This document shows, piece by piece, positions 39,229 to 50,762 of a stretch of DNA of 64,000 bases (position 1 is the first letter of the stretch; every line of letters begins with the position of its first letter). Made by a program: the position numbers and the translations under genes. Under the pieces are notes generated by a model. The model saw only the letters and a program-made list of their open reading frames with translations. It searched no databases and was not told the DNA's origin. This DNA comes from Nitrospirota bacterium (GTDB taxonomy: Bacteria; Nitrospirota; UBA9217), in assembly GCA_963754875.1 (NCBI GenBank), contig CAVWHO010000021.1, forward strand, positions 96,001-160,000. Reading direction: 5' to 3'.

Positions 39229-40072
39229 CCTTTTGGCCAGTCTGTGGAATGTCAGCGCCAACTGCGTCACTCCGGTATACCTTGTCCCAGACGTCCTTGT
39301 TCTGACTATGGTACAGCCTTTCATAAAACTTGGACTCCTGCAGAAAGTAGTTGAACGCGATCACCACAGCCATGTAAAACCCGTGTATACCATCCTTGTA
39401 GCCTTTGTGTTTTATGTACCTGCCGAAAAAACGTTCGAGGGGTTTGAACAGCGCCTTGGCGAGGCTGAATTCTTTCCGCCGGCCTTCCCGGTAGGTCCTT
39501 TCTGCCTCCACGGTGCTGTACTGATTAAACTTGACCATGAAGGTTTCGAATGTTCCATATCCGTCATGGAGAATGGGGCTTTTTAGATAGCCCATTTTCC
39601 CCTGGGTCACGAACTTTTCGTGGACCGGGTTCACCCATTCACCCTGCGACTTCCGGTACAGGATGGTCTTATATTGAGGGTACCAGCCGCCTGCCTCGAT
39701 CCACTTCCCGGCGAAATATTCCCTGCGCGGAATGCCGTAAGCGTCGGCATCGGGCGGCGCATTGAAGAGCGAGATGATTTCGTCGCGCAGGGCCTTGGTA
39801 ACGACCTCGTCCGCATCGATGAAGAAGATCCAGTCGTTCGAGGCGTATTGATGGGCCCGTGAACGCTGGACCGAGTAATCCTTCGGCCAGGAATGCTGAA
39901 ATACCTTCTGCGTGAAGCGGCTGCAAATTTCTACGGTGCGGTCTGCACTGAATGAATCGATGACAACGATTTCGCCGGCCCAGGTCAGGCTCTTCAAGCA
40001 CCGTTCGATTCTACCTTCTTCATTATACGTTATGACGGCAGCGGTAATATTTTGCATGGTCGGCCGATTCAC
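39206..40072 (-). CDS. GT2 glycosyltransferase (WaaE/KdtX-like)
   Basis: ITYNEE, IDSFSADRT, IDADE, GWYP, VHE. Confidence 0.88.
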   Translation of the reverse strand: MNRPTMQNITAAVITYNEEGRIERCLKSLTWAGEIVVIDSFSADRTVEICSRFTQKVFQHSWPKDYSVQRSRAHQYASNDWIFFIDADEVVTKALRDEIISLFNAPPDADAYGIPRREYFAGKWIEAGGWYPQYKTILYRKSQGEWVNPVHEKFVTQGKMGYLKSPILHDGYGTFETFMVKFNQYSTVEAERTYREGRRKEFSLAKALFKPLERFFGRYIKHKGYKDGIHGFYMAVVIAFNYFLQESKFYERLYHSQNKDVWDKVYRSDAVGADIPQTGQKDENSFYK

Positions 40073-41181
40073 GCTCTCTTGACCTGGCTTTCGAATATAG
40101 CGGCAAGCTGGTCTGACACGGTCTCCCAGGTGTATTTCTTCTCGACCGCGGCCCGCCCTTCCGCACCCATGCGCTCCCTTCGGTCACGGTCCTGCAAGAG
40201 GGAACCGATGGTCTCAGCGATCGCATCAGTTGCGTCAGGATCGACCATGATCCCGCCCCCGTCGGCCAGGATCTCGGGGAATGCACTTCCCCGTGACACG
40301 ACAAGAGGCAGTCTACTGGCCATGGCCTCCAGCGCTACGATGCCAAATCCTTCAAATTCGGGCAGAAAAACGAAGAGATCTGCTGCATTATAGAAGCCGG
40401 ATACATCCTTTTGGTTCCCCATGAAGTGAACGTTCTGTTCTATCCCCAGCGACGCAACCCTGGAGTGGAGCGTTTCCCGGTCTTTTTTGTTGCCGTCCCC
40501 GCAAATAATGTAACGGATGCCGGGGATGTTTTTTTTCAGACGGCCGACGACGTCCAGGACCTTGTCAATCCCTTTCCTTCCCTGCAGCGCCGCAACAGTA
40601 ATAATGACCGGCGCTCCCTCCGGGATCCCCAGCATACGCCGTGTTTCCATCCTGCGCTGAACGTCGAAACGAAACAGGGCGGGATCGACGCCGTTCGGAA
40701 CGGTTTTTGCCGAACGCCCGAAGCAGCGTTCTACCCCCTGGGCAATATACGCGCTTGCCGCGATGAGTTCGTCAGCATGCTTTGCCGTCCCGAACTTTTT
40801 GAAAGCGTTGAAATGCTTCTCGTGATCTTCAAAGGGATATTGAAAAAGGATGTTGTAGCGGAAATTCTTCAGTACGTGGGCCAGGCCTGCTGCATATCCT
40901 TCGCCGCGGGCAATGGCAAGATTCACGATGTCGTAGTCATCGGACAGGAATGCATTTATGAAGCCCGGGATAAACGAGAGCTTGTGCCAGTTGTGGTGAT
41001 AGATCTCACGGACCCGCACACGATCGTCAATCCATGCCCGCGTCACAGGGGTCTGGCATTTGCCGGTAATGAGCGTCAGGTCGTGTCCTTTTTTTGCAAG
41101 GCCGTTCGCCACGCTGATGATAAAGCGCTCGATCCCGCGCGGATTGCGCAGCGTGTACATATGGGCAAAGGCAATCTTCAT
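40069..41181 (-). CDS. GT4 glycosyltransferase (LPS core)
   Basis: GIER, VPNGVD, RKG, EGFGIVALEAMAS. Confidence 0.88.
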   Translation of the reverse strand: MKIAFAHMYTLRNPRGIERFIISVANGLAKKGHDLTLITGKCQTPVTRAWIDDRVRVREIYHHNWHKLSFIPGFINAFLSDDYDIVNLAIARGEGYAAGLAHVLKNFRYNILFQYPFEDHEKHFNAFKKFGTAKHADELIAASAYIAQGVERCFGRSAKTVPNGVDPALFRFDVQRRMETRRMLGIPEGAPVIITVAALQGRKGIDKVLDVVGRLKKNIPGIRYIICGDGNKKDRETLHSRVASLGIEQNVHFMGNQKDVSGFYNAADLFVFLPEFEGFGIVALEAMASRLPLVVSRGSAFPEILADGGGIMVDPDATDAIAETIGSLLQDRDRRERMGAEGRAAVEKKYTWETVSDQLAAIFESQVKRA

Positions 41182-41194
41182 TACACCCCTCGTG

Positions 41195-41971
41195 CTATTT
41201 CTCGAATCTCCGGAGCTTGTTTTGGATCTCGTAGAGCTTAATATATTTCATGAAGACGGCATGGGATTCCATAACAGATATGGTAAACCCGGCGATCCCG
41301 TCAGCAATTCCCAATCGGAAGAAAAAGCGGTAGAGAAACGCATAGAGCGGCCGCAAGGTAAAATCGATGATGCGCGCTCTCCTGCCGTTTTTAAAATGGT
41401 CTTCAGCCGTAAGGGACGAGTACTTGTTCTTCGTGGCGGCAAAATGAGCAATATCGGCATATATATAATGAAGGATCCCCTGCGTGAGCTTTTCTTTGCG
41501 ACCTTTTACCTTTACCTCATCGTGGGGCGCATATCCTCCCCATTTGCACCGGTCCTTGCGAAACAAACGGATCTTATAGTCCGGATACCAGGCTGAATGG
41601 TGGATCCACTGCCGCATGAAGAAATGGCGGCGAGGCATTTCATAGGCATCGCACATGCTGTTGTTCAAATCCAGAGCAAGGATTTCGTCCCGAAGCTCCG
41701 GGGACACGCGTTCGTCTGCGTCCAGGTGCAGCACCCACAGGTTTTTTGCCTGGTCCGTGGCAAACTGGCTCTGTCCGATATGGCCAAGCCATTCCTGAAT
41801 GACGACTTTGTCCGTGAACTCCCGTGCGATCGCAACAGTGTTGTCGGTGCTTTTCGAATCGACGACCACAATCTCGTCAGCCCAAGAAACGCTTTCCAGG
41901 CACTCCCTCAGGTTTTTTTCTTCGTTGGAGGTCCGGACGGTGACTGATATTTTTGTTTTTTTATTTTCCAT
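41195..41971 (-). CDS. GT2 glycosyltransferase (WaaE/KdtX-like)
   Basis: NEEKN, VDSKSTDNT, LDADER, WYPDYKIRLF. Confidence 0.88.
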   Translation of the reverse strand: MENKKTKISVTVRTSNEEKNLRECLESVSWADEIVVVDSKSTDNTVAIAREFTDKVVIQEWLGHIGQSQFATDQAKNLWVLHLDADERVSPELRDEILALDLNNSMCDAYEMPRRHFFMRQWIHHSAWYPDYKIRLFRKDRCKWGGYAPHDEVKVKGRKEKLTQGILHYIYADIAHFAATKNKYSSLTAEDHFKNGRRARIIDFTLRPLYAFLYRFFFRLGIADGIAGFTISVMESHAVFMKYIKLYEIQNKLRRFEK

Positions 41972-42077
41972 TCACTTCGTCCTGTTTTCTCGAATGAACA
42001 GACGTGATCCTTTCCGGCCGTTCTGTTTCGTCAGGGGCTCATGATAGCGGATTTTATTGCTCATTGCACCTGTTTTT

Positions 42078-43167
42078 TCACACAGGGTCCGGAGATTGCT
42101 TCAACGCCGAACCGGAAATCCTTATGCTCTCTTGAAAGACTTCTTCCACCGAAATGGCTTCCATGCACGCAGGCCTCATGCGTGCCGACGGTTCGCATTC
42201 TGAAAAAAACTTCTGCCTGCACGGCGAACATGCCATGCCTTTGTAGATGACTTGAGCCCTTGTGCTCCAGGGGCCGAACTTAACGGGCGACTGCGGGCCG
42301 AAAAGCGCTACGAGCGGCGTATTGGCGGCGGCAGCCAGGTGCATAATACCGCTGTCGTTTCCCACAAACAAGGAGCACCGCTTTAAGAGCGCTATCGTGT
42401 TCGCGCAAGCTGCATTTCCCAACGAGATCGATATTACTGTCTCCGAATAATTGCTTTACCGAAGTAAATGCCCCGACGTCTCCCGGACCTCCCAGAATAA
42501 GAGTGCGGAAATTCCCCGCTTTTCCGAGCCTCGCTGCCAGCTCTGCATAGTTTTCCAGAGGCCAGCCGCGCTGCGTCACGGCGGAAAAAGGATGGATTGC
42601 GGCTATTCGGTCGGAGGAAGTAGCGCCGGCGTCAGCCAGTATGCGTGCAATGCGCTCCTCTTCTTCAGGACTCGTCCATATCTCGAGAAAATCATCTTTC
42701 ACGTTTATGCCGTCCGCCGTCAGGACAGCAAGGAAGTTTTTCACCTCATGGCGATCGTGCCGGTACGGGACCCTCGTCGTCAACAACAGTCCCCGTCCTT
42801 CGGTATCGAATCCTATTCTTTCTGAAGCGCCGCTCAGCCACGCGATGACGGCGCTCGAGAGCGAGCGTTTGAGAACGTAAACTTTATCGAAATGCCGATG
42901 CCGGAGGTCTTGGAGAAATACGATTTTCGCGGAAAGGGTGCGGTGGCTCCCCCTGCTGTCTGCATGAATGGTGAGGGGGTCCCAATAAATCATTTCGTCT
43001 ACGTAAGGGACCCCTTTCACGACTTCCGACGAACCGGGCGCAACCATCCAGGCAATATGCGCCTGCGGCTCGGCATGACGCAGATTCCGCAGAAACGGGA
43101 TTGTCAGCACCGTATCGCCGATAAACCGGTAGCGCATAACGAGAATGTTTTTCGGAGCCGGTTTCAT
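42078..43167 (-). CDS. waaF: LPS heptosyltransferase II (GT9); frameshift near 42400
   Basis: FIGDTVL, RIGF, WP, DLVGK; continues in another frame with GNDSGIMHLAAA, ALFGP, CSPC. Confidence 0.8.
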
Positions 43168-43748
43168 TCCCCGCCTCTTCCGACCTGTTTGATGATCCAG
43201 TCAGCAGCTTCGCTGATGGTATGGGCGATGAAATCTGGATCAACGAGATGAGGGGCCGTACATTTCCTTCATCGAGCGGACCCGTAACCCGTCCTGACAA
43301 GAACGGAGTGCGCTCCCGCCCTCTGGCCGAGTTCCACGTCGCTCCATTTGTCCCCCACGACATAGGAATGTTTGACATCAATATTGAGATCGCGGGCAGC
43401 CCTGTCGATGAGGCCGGTCCCGGGCTTCCTGCAGTCGCAATCTCTGGTATAGTGCGAATTGCCCGCCGAAGGATGGTGGGGACAGTAGTAAATAGCGTCA
43501 AGCCGCGCTCCTTCGTCGCGCAGCATCTGTTCAAGCCGATCATGAATTTCCTGAAGCAGCGACTCGGAGAAATAGCCCCGGGCGATCCCTGATTGGTTTG
43601 TCACGAGGACGACCTTCATTCCAGAATCGTTTAATCGTTTGATCGCTGCGCCTGCCCCGGGGATCAAACGAAGATCTGCGAGATTGCGCAAATATCCCAC
43701 TTCTTCATTTATCGTACCGTCCCGGTCAAGAAAAACAGCCCTGTTCAT
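43164..43748 (-). CDS. gmhB: D,D-heptose 1,7-bisphosphate phosphatase; compensating indels near 43255-43280
   Basis: FLDRDGTIN, TNQSG, CPHHP, CDCRKPG, GDKWSD; tail DPDFIAHTISEAADWI ends in a TGA overlapping the waaF ATG. Confidence 0.9.
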
Positions 43749-44818
43749 ACGAGCCTCTCAAGAAATTGTTCCCACTCTTCCCGTTCCTGTATTGCAAGCT
43801 CAATACGAAGCGCCCATATGCCGTCGGCTTGCAGATCTGCGAACCGTACCATGTCCTTTTCCGTTGTGACGATCATGTTGACCCGTGCGTCAGCCGCCTT
43901 TTCGTAGATAGCGGCCAGGTCAGATTTCCGGTATTCATAATGATCGGGATAAGCGCTCTTGACCACGATGTTCGCGCCGAGCGAGCTGAGCAACGCTGTA
44001 AATGACGACGGTCGGGCAATACCCGAAAAAACGAAGGTTCGTGCTCCCCGTAATGCCGCAAGCGACTTTACATCGCCGGTGGAGCACTCTACCAGGTCGA
44101 TTGGTTGATGATAGGAGGTGAATATCGGTGCGGAAGTGATGCGCCTGATCTTCGTCCTCAGTTCTTCACTGTTCACTTTCTGGTCACTGCGGGTGATCAG
44201 TATTGCCTGGGCTCGCTTCAGCGCTGTGATCGGTTCGCGCAAAATTCCAGCAGGAAACAATTTTCCGTTGCCAAAGGGGTCTGTTGCGTCCACGAGAACG
44301 ATATCAACAGTTCTCCTGAGTCTGCGATGTTGAAAACCGTCATCAAGGACCACGATATTGGCGTGGAATTTCCTCAAGCCGTGCAAGGCGGCCTGATACC
44401 GGTCGCTCCCCACAAGAACGGGTATGCCGGGGAGCCTTGAAGCGATCAGGACGGGCTCGTCACCGCCCCTCCGGGCATTCACAAGCAGGGAGCGGCCATC
44501 CGAGACGGCCAGGACCTCTGATTCTTTTTTCCGTCCGTACCCGCGGCTGACCACCATGGGGTGCTTCTGGCTCCGGGCCAGGGATTTCGCCACGGAAATG
44601 ACCGCAGGCGTTTTCCCTGTGCCGCCAAGTGTTATGTTGCCGATGGAGATGACCGCACAGGGGAGTTTGTTGACCTTGAGCAGGTGGAGCCAATAAAACA
44701 GTGCGCGTATACGGACTACAACGCCATAAAGCAGAGAAAGGGCCGTGAGAACAGCGCCAAGCAGATGCGACTGTTTTCTGCCATACATCAGATCTTCGAC
44801 ATAGGATTTAGCGAGCAA
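43745..44818 (-). CDS. lpxK: Tetraacyldisaccharide 4'-kinase
   Basis: SIGNITLGGTGKTP, SRGYG, GDEP, LDDGFQH, PAGILRE, TTEKD. Confidence 0.95.
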   Translation of the reverse strand: MLAKSYVEDLMYGRKQSHLLGAVLTALSLLYGVVVRIRALFYWLHLLKVNKLPCAVISIGNITLGGTGKTPAVISVAKSLARSQKHPMVVSRGYGRKKESEVLAVSDGRSLLVNARRGGDEPVLIASRLPGIPVLVGSDRYQAALHGLRKFHANIVVLDDGFQHRRLRRTVDIVLVDATDPFGNGKLFPAGILREPITALKRAQAILITRSDQKVNSEELRTKIRRITSAPIFTSYHQPIDLVECSTGDVKSLAALRGARTFVFSGIARPSSFTALLSSLGANIVVKSAYPDHYEYRKSDLAAIYEKAADARVNMIVTTEKDMVRFADLQADGIWALRIELAIQEREEWEQFLERLV

Positions 44819-46072
44819 CGATCAACCTGCCGATGGCGTCGATGGTCTTCTTTGCAGCGCCCGAGTTGGCCTCGATTACCCTGAAGGCGCACTCACCCAA
44901 GTGCCGGGCCCTTTCCTGGTCGGACAGAAGAGCATCCAGTTGTGCATGCAGTTCGTTCTTGTCTTTTACCATGATGCCGCCGCCTGATGACATGAGCGCT
45001 TCCGAGATTTCCTTGAAGTTGAACATATACCGGCTGAAGATAACGGGCTTTTTCACTGCTGCGGGTTCAAGCAGGTTGTGTCCGCCTACCTTGACAAGGC
45101 TGCCGCCGACAAAGGCGATGTCGCAGATGGCGTAGAACGTCCGCAGCTCGCCGATCGTATCGAGGAGCAGCACATCTTTGATCGGCCCGCCTAAACGGGT
45201 CCTCCTCTGGCATTCGTAACCGGCGCTGTTGATGATGCCTTCGACTTCATCGAACCGTTCCGGATGACGCGGCGCGATAATAAGCATGAGCGTCGGATAC
45301 TTTTCGCGCAGCCGGGTGAAAATCTCGAGCAGGACCGCTTCTTCTCCGCGGTGGGTGCTTCCCGCGGTAATGACTTTTTTGCCGGCAGGAATCGTTACCG
45401 GGTTGGGCTGTGCCACCGGTATTTTCTGGTCGAACTTCAGATTGCCGGTGACAGAAACCTTTTCCGGAGCAGCGCCGATTTCCTTGATCCTCAGGGCATC
45501 CTCTTCGGACTGCATGCAGAACAGGGTGATGTGGTCGAACACCGACGTTGAAAAATTTCCTGAACTTCATATAGTTCTTGTAGGAATGAGGCGATATCCT
45601 GCCATTGATCACGAGCAGAGGGTATCCCCGCCCGCTTCAACTCCCGGAAAAAATTCGGCCAGAGTTCCGTTTCAGCGATCAACACGATCTCGGGATTGAT
45701 GCCGGTGATGACCTTTCGTACGATACAGGGGTAGTCGAAAGGAAAATAGAAGACCGCATCCGCCTCAGGCACCCTGCGTCGGGCAGTGTAATGGCCGGTA
45801 ACCGTGACCGTGGAGAGGATGAGTTTTCGTTGGGGATATTTTTTCTTAAGTTCGCGAATGAGCGGGTGAGCAGCCATCACTTCCCCGACGGACACGGCAT
45901 GCACCCATATGGGGCGGGTGCCTTTGATCACTCTCATGACGCTCTTGCGAAGACGGCCGAGCTTCTGGGTGAGGCCGCCCCGATACTTGGGCACGGTTAT
46001 CAGTTTGAAGAGGATCAAGGGCGACAGAACAATGGTCGCCAGGACTAGAAATATATTGTAGAGGATATACAT
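44808..46072 (-). CDS. waaA: Kdo transferase; indels near 45610 and 45545
   Basis: WVHAVSVGE, ETELWPN, INGRIS (shifted frame), TGNLKFD, AGSTH, APRHPER, GGHNLLEP. Confidence 0.93.
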
Positions 46073-46081
46073 ACATTTACC

Positions 46082-46729
46082 TCATGATTGAGCTTTGAAG
46101 TAACCGTCGGCCTGGGCCATGAGTCTATTCAATGCTGCTTCCAATTCTTGCCGTTTAGCTTCAAGGTGGTCCTCGGAGGTCCCCGAAACCGTTATCGGCT
46201 CCCCGTAGACGACGACACCGGTCGTAAACGGCATGGGGAGCAGATACTTGTCCCAGATCTTTTCTAGGATCCAGTAACGTTTAGCGCTGGCGATTACCGG
46301 TACGATCGGCTTGTTCAGTTTTCCCGCCAGATAAGCGATGCCCTGTTTCACCTCGTAGATCGGACCGCGCGGGCCATCAACGGCAAGCGCGACATTTTTG
46401 CCCTTTCTCAGGCCGTCAACCATACCGAGGAGAGCGCGATCGCCCTTCCGCTTGCTCGACCCCCTGACCACTTCGAACCCAAAGCGCCTGAGTATCCCCG
46501 CCTGGATCTCGCCATCGCGGCTTTCACTGGCAGGAATGATGACACCCGAATCGCGATGACTGTGGAACAGCAGAAATTGTCTTCCATGCCAGAATGCATA
46601 TATGATGTTTTTCCCCTCCGATATAAACCGTCCAGGTATTTCCCTGTTCACGAATCGTAGCCGTATCGTCCGGCTCCACGCGGAAAGGATGATCCAACCG
46701 ATGAACGACAAGAGCTGAGCACGGAACAC
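46082..46729 (-). CDS. DUF374 acyltransferase (LpxJ family)
   Basis: AFWHG, SRDGE, VRGSS, DGPRGP, WDK..P; located between msbA and waaA. Confidence 0.85.
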   Translation of the reverse strand: MFRAQLLSFIGWIILSAWSRTIRLRFVNREIPGRFISEGKNIIYAFWHGRQFLLFHSHRDSGVIIPASESRDGEIQAGILRRFGFEVVRGSSKRKGDRALLGMVDGLRKGKNVALAVDGPRGPIYEVKQGIAYLAGKLNKPIVPVIASAKRYWILEKIWDKYLLPMPFTTGVVVYGEPITVSGTSEDHLEAKRQELEAALNRLMAQADGYFKAQS

Positions 46730-48468
46730 TACAAGGCCCTCGCTGATGTCTCATCGCGGAATTGCTGCTCGTACAAGCCTGTGTATTCACCGCCGAGGGA
46801 CAATAACTCCTCGTGCCTGCCCTGTTCAACGATCCTGCCGTCCTTGAGTACAATGATTCGGTCTGCGTTCATGATGGTCGAGAGCCGGTGCGCGATCACG
46901 AAGCTCGTCCTGCCCTGCATGAGCGTGTCGAGGGCCCTTTGCACTTCCCGTTCAGACTGCGTATCGAGGGACGACGTCGCCTCATCGAGAATGAGGATCG
47001 GCGCGTCCTTGAGCAGAGCACGCGCGATCGCGATGCGCTGGCGCTGACCGCCCGATAGCTTGACGCCGGACTCGCCGATGACGGTCTCGTATCCCTGGGG
47101 AAGCGCCTGGATGAATTCGTCGGCATACGCGGACCGGGCGGCGCGGACCACATAGTCGAAGGACAGCGCTGCATTGCCGTAAGCAATGTTGTCTTTTACC
47201 GTATCATTGAACAGGAAGGTCTGCTGGGTGACGATGGCCATAAGGGATCTGAGCGATTCGATCGACACGTCCCTGATATCCCGGCCGTCGATGCTGATCG
47301 CCCCCCTCGTTACATCGTAAAACCGCGGGATGAGGTTCGCAAACGTCGTTTTTCCCCCGCCGCTCTTTCCCACGATCGCCACGGTTTCCCCTGCCCTGAC
47401 GGTGAGGTTCACATCCTTCAGCACGAGTTTATCTTCGTACTTGAACGATAGGTTCTTGAATTCGATGGTCTTGAAATCCCGGGGCGCGGCGACGGCGCCT
47501 GCGCGGTTCTTGATCTCCGGCACCGTGTCCAATACCTCGAAGATCCGTTTGGCTGCGGCCACGCCGTCCTGGACCGTGCTGTTCACGCTGTTCAGGTCCT
47601 TGATCGGACGGTACAGGAAATACAATGCCGCCATAAAAGAAAAGAATTCTCCCACCGTCATACGGCCCTGGATGATCCAGTAGCCGCCGACAAAAATGAC
47701 CATCGCGATCCCGAAGGTGTTGATCACCTCCATGATCGGAGATGAGATCGCGCTCGTCTTGATGGCGCGCATGAGCGAATTGAAAAGGCCGTCGTTCCGC
47801 TCCGCAAACCTCTTGTTTTCGTAGGGCTCCATGCCGAAGGCCTTTACGATGCGTATCCCGGCTATGGTCTCATGCAAGTGCGTGGTCAGGTCGCCGTACT
47901 GCTCCTGCGTTTGCGTGCTCGCCCGCCTGAACCTCCGGCTGAATTTCGAAAGCGCAACGCCGAGCAGCGGGAGGACCAGCACCGAGAAGGCGGCGAGGCG
48001 CCAGTCCTTGTAAATGACGTAGACGGTCAGGGCGGCCATGGTAAAGAACCCCTGCACGAGGCTCGAAGGGGCCCTTGTCAATGCACCCTGAACGAGGTTC
48101 GCGTCGTTGATGATCCGCGAGATAAGCACGCCGGTCGGTGTTTTGGTATAGTATGAAAAGGACAGAGACGTCAGGTGCATGTAGAGCTCATCCCGAATGT
48201 CGTTCACAATCCTCTGGCCGATGTATCCCAACATATAGTCCCGGGCGTACGACGCGGCCCCTTTGAGGATGACCACGACAACGATCGCAGGCGGCAGAAA
48301 AAGCAGGAGCTTCAGGTTCTTGTTCAGGAAAACGTTGTCGAGGACCGGCTGCACGAGGTAGGCTTGCAGAGCGATTAAAGCGCTTGTCAGGCCCATGAAA
48401 ACAGCGGACCATGCAAGACGGGCTTTATAAGGCCTGAGATAGATTAAAAGTCTTTTATAGATTTCCAT
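46729..48468 (-). CDS. msbA: Lipid A flippase
   Basis: TMD plus NBD (GKSGGGKTT, LSGGQRQR, ILDEATS, IAHRL); between lpxB and waaA. Confidence 0.9.
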   Translation of the reverse strand: MEIYKRLLIYLRPYKARLAWSAVFMGLTSALIALQAYLVQPVLDNVFLNKNLKLLLFLPPAIVVVVILKGAASYARDYMLGYIGQRIVNDIRDELYMHLTSLSFSYYTKTPTGVLISRIINDANLVQGALTRAPSSLVQGFFTMAALTVYVIYKDWRLAAFSVLVLPLLGVALSKFSRRFRRASTQTQEQYGDLTTHLHETIAGIRIVKAFGMEPYENKRFAERNDGLFNSLMRAIKTSAISSPIMEVINTFGIAMVIFVGGYWIIQGRMTVGEFFSFMAALYFLYRPIKDLNSVNSTVQDGVAAAKRIFEVLDTVPEIKNRAGAVAAPRDFKTIEFKNLSFKYEDKLVLKDVNLTVRAGETVAIVGKSGGGKTTFANLIPRFYDVTRGAISIDGRDIRDVSIESLRSLMAIVTQQTFLFNDTVKDNIAYGNAALSFDYVVRAARSAYADEFIQALPQGYETVIGESGVKLSGGQRQRIAIARALLKDAPILILDEATSSLDTQSEREVQRALDTLMQGRTSFVIAHRLSTIMNADRIIVLKDGRIVEQGRHEELLSLGGEYTGLYEQQFRDETSARAL

Positions 48469-48475
48469 AGTATGT

Positions 48476-49618
48476 TCACCCGGCCTGCGCCAGAAGTTCC
48501 CCAACCACCGAGGCGGCCCGCTTGGAAGCGCCGGCTTCTCCTAATCGAGTTTTGACGTCAGCGAGGCCGGCCCGAATCCGGTTAGAGTAAGCCGGATCGT
48601 TCAGCATCGACGTAAGGGCATCGGCCATGTTTTCCGGGGTCGAATTTTTCTGGACAAGTTCAGGGACGATCCTCTTGCCAGCCACGATGTTTACGAGACC
48701 GACGTTCTGAACCCCCCGCACGAGCTTGGTAAGGATAAAATAATTGAGCGCCGATATTTTATAGACGATTGCCATGGGAACCGCCATGAGCCCCGCTTCG
48801 AGTGTGGCCGTCCCGGACGCGACAAGGGCTGCCTCCGATGCTTTGAGGACGTCGTATACTCTCCCATCTACTATTCGTACCGGAACGCCGTCTTGATCGA
48901 TGAAAGCGCTGACGAAACCGTGGCCCAGCGTCGGAGCAACGGGAAGAACGAACTGCAAATCTGAAAACCGGGACGAGAGGATCCGCGCCGCTTTCAGCAT
49001 GTCGGGCAGCAGGTGGATGATTTCGGACTTCCTGCTCCCCGGCAGCAACGCGACGGTCCTTCGGCCTAAATCGAGACCGAGATCGTTCTTCGCCTGTTCC
49101 TTCGTCAGGTCCGATTTTACGACGTCCGCCAGAGGATGCCCGACGAATCGGACGTCGACTCCTGCTTTCTCGTAGATCGGCACCTCGAAGGGAAAGACGA
49201 CGATCATGGCCTTCACCAGTCGGGCAAGGGTCTTGATCCTGCCCTTGCGCCATACCCATATCTGCGGACTGATGTAATACAGTACCGGAATCCCCAATTT
49301 GCGGGCAGCCTTCCCGAGAATGATGTTGAAGTCCGGGAAATCGATCAGGACGAGGAGATCGGGCCGTTCGTCTCTCAAGAACCGTTTGAGCTTCGCATAC
49401 ACCCGGTAAATGGCACCGATGTGGGTCAGCACTGCGGTGATCCCGACGACCGAGATTTCCGAGGCATCGGCCAGCATTTGAACGCCGGCCTCTTTCATCC
49501 GGACGCTGCCCACGCCGTACAGGGCTATCGACGGGTCCTGGTTTCGGATCTCCCGCGCAAGGTTTGCACCATGAAGGTCCCCGGACGCTTCACCGGACAT
49601 GATCATGACCTTCTTCAT
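48476..49618 (-). CDS. lpxB: Lipid A disaccharide synthase
   Basis: GEASGDLHGA, IDFPDFN, SPQIWVWR, LLPGSR, SGTATLE. Confidence 0.96.
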   Translation of the reverse strand: MKKVMIMSGEASGDLHGANLAREIRNQDPSIALYGVGSVRMKEAGVQMLADASEISVVGITAVLTHIGAIYRVYAKLKRFLRDERPDLLVLIDFPDFNIILGKAARKLGIPVLYYISPQIWVWRKGRIKTLARLVKAMIVVFPFEVPIYEKAGVDVRFVGHPLADVVKSDLTKEQAKNDLGLDLGRRTVALLPGSRKSEIIHLLPDMLKAARILSSRFSDLQFVLPVAPTLGHGFVSAFIDQDGVPVRIVDGRVYDVLKASEAALVASGTATLEAGLMAVPMAIVYKISALNYFILTKLVRGVQNVGLVNIVAGKRIVPELVQKNSTPENMADALTSMLNDPAYSNRIRAGLADVKTRLGEAGASKRAASVVGELLAQAG

Positions 49619-49660
49619 ACCGCTCTTATAATCCCTTGCTCCTGACATCAGATTCCGGTT

Positions 49661-50762
49661 TTAGAGTTCTTTCTTGACCGCATCAGTCACCTGCTTGATC
49701 TGATCCTCCGTCAATTCGGGATACATGGGAAGCGACAATACTTCCCGCGCGGCCTGCTCCGCAATTGGCAGGCTCCCGGGTTTCATACCGAGGTCGTTAT
49801 ATGCTGTTTGCAGGTGGAGCGGAACAGGATAGTAGATCATGGACGAGGTAACTTTCCCCTCGTCAAGTTTCCGTTTTACGACGTCCCTGTTTTTGACCCT
49901 GATCGTATACTGATGAAAGACGTGCTTTGCGCCCTTCAGCTCAGTCGGCAATTGGATTTCCGGTACGGAAAGGTATTTGGCGTATAGGGCTGCATTGGCG
50001 TTGCGCTTTGTATTGTACTCGTCAATATGCCTGAACTTTGATCCTCAGGATAGCTGCCTGGATTTCGTCAAGCCTGCTGTTGAACCCGATTTCGTCGTGA
50101 TAGTAACGGACGTGGCTTCCATGGTTCCGGAGACTCAGCAGATGCTCTGCAAGTTTCGAATCATCGGTTATCACCATGCCGCCGTCGCCGTAACAGCCCA
50201 GGTTTTTGCTCGGGAAAAAACTGAAACATCCGATGTCGCCGAATGTCCCGGTCTTTGTTCCTTTGTATTCTGCGCCGAAAGACTGGGCGCAGTCCTCGAC
50301 GACCCTTATCTTGTGTTTCTTCGCGATCTCCATGAGTCCGTCCATGTCAACGGAATGGCCGTACAAGTGGACCGGAATAATCGCTTTCGTTCTCCTTGTA
50401 ATTGCCGCTTCGATCTTCGCAACGTCCATATTGAACGTATCGGGACGGATGTCCACGAACACCGGCACGGCGCCGATATACGAAATGGCTTCAGCGGTTG
50501 CGATAAACGTGAACGGCGTGGTAATCACTTCGTCGCCGCGTTTGATGCCCGCGGCAAGCAGGGCGAGGTGCAGAGCGTCCGTTCCCGAAGCCACAGCCAC
50601 GGCATGCTTCACCTTGTGATAACGGGCCACTTCCTCTTCGAACGCCTTGCCGTGAGGCCCGAGGATAAAATTGGTGCTTTGCAGAACACCAAGGACTGCA
50701 CTGTTAATTTCGTCCTGGATCGCTTCGTACTGGATCTTCAGGTCAACCATGGGTATCGACAT
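49661..50762 (-). CDS. gnnB: DegT/DnrJ aminotransferase, GnnB-like; frameshift near 50036
   Basis: SGTDAL, TFIAT, PVHLYG, EDCAQ, SFFPSKNLGCYGDGG, NSRLDEIQAA; C-terminal HQYT, LSLPMYP. Confidence 0.75.

Noticed and set aside
43250..43285. In-frame TGA in gmhB as recoding
   Set aside because: Best explained by a compensating indel pair in G and C runs; no Cys is expected there.
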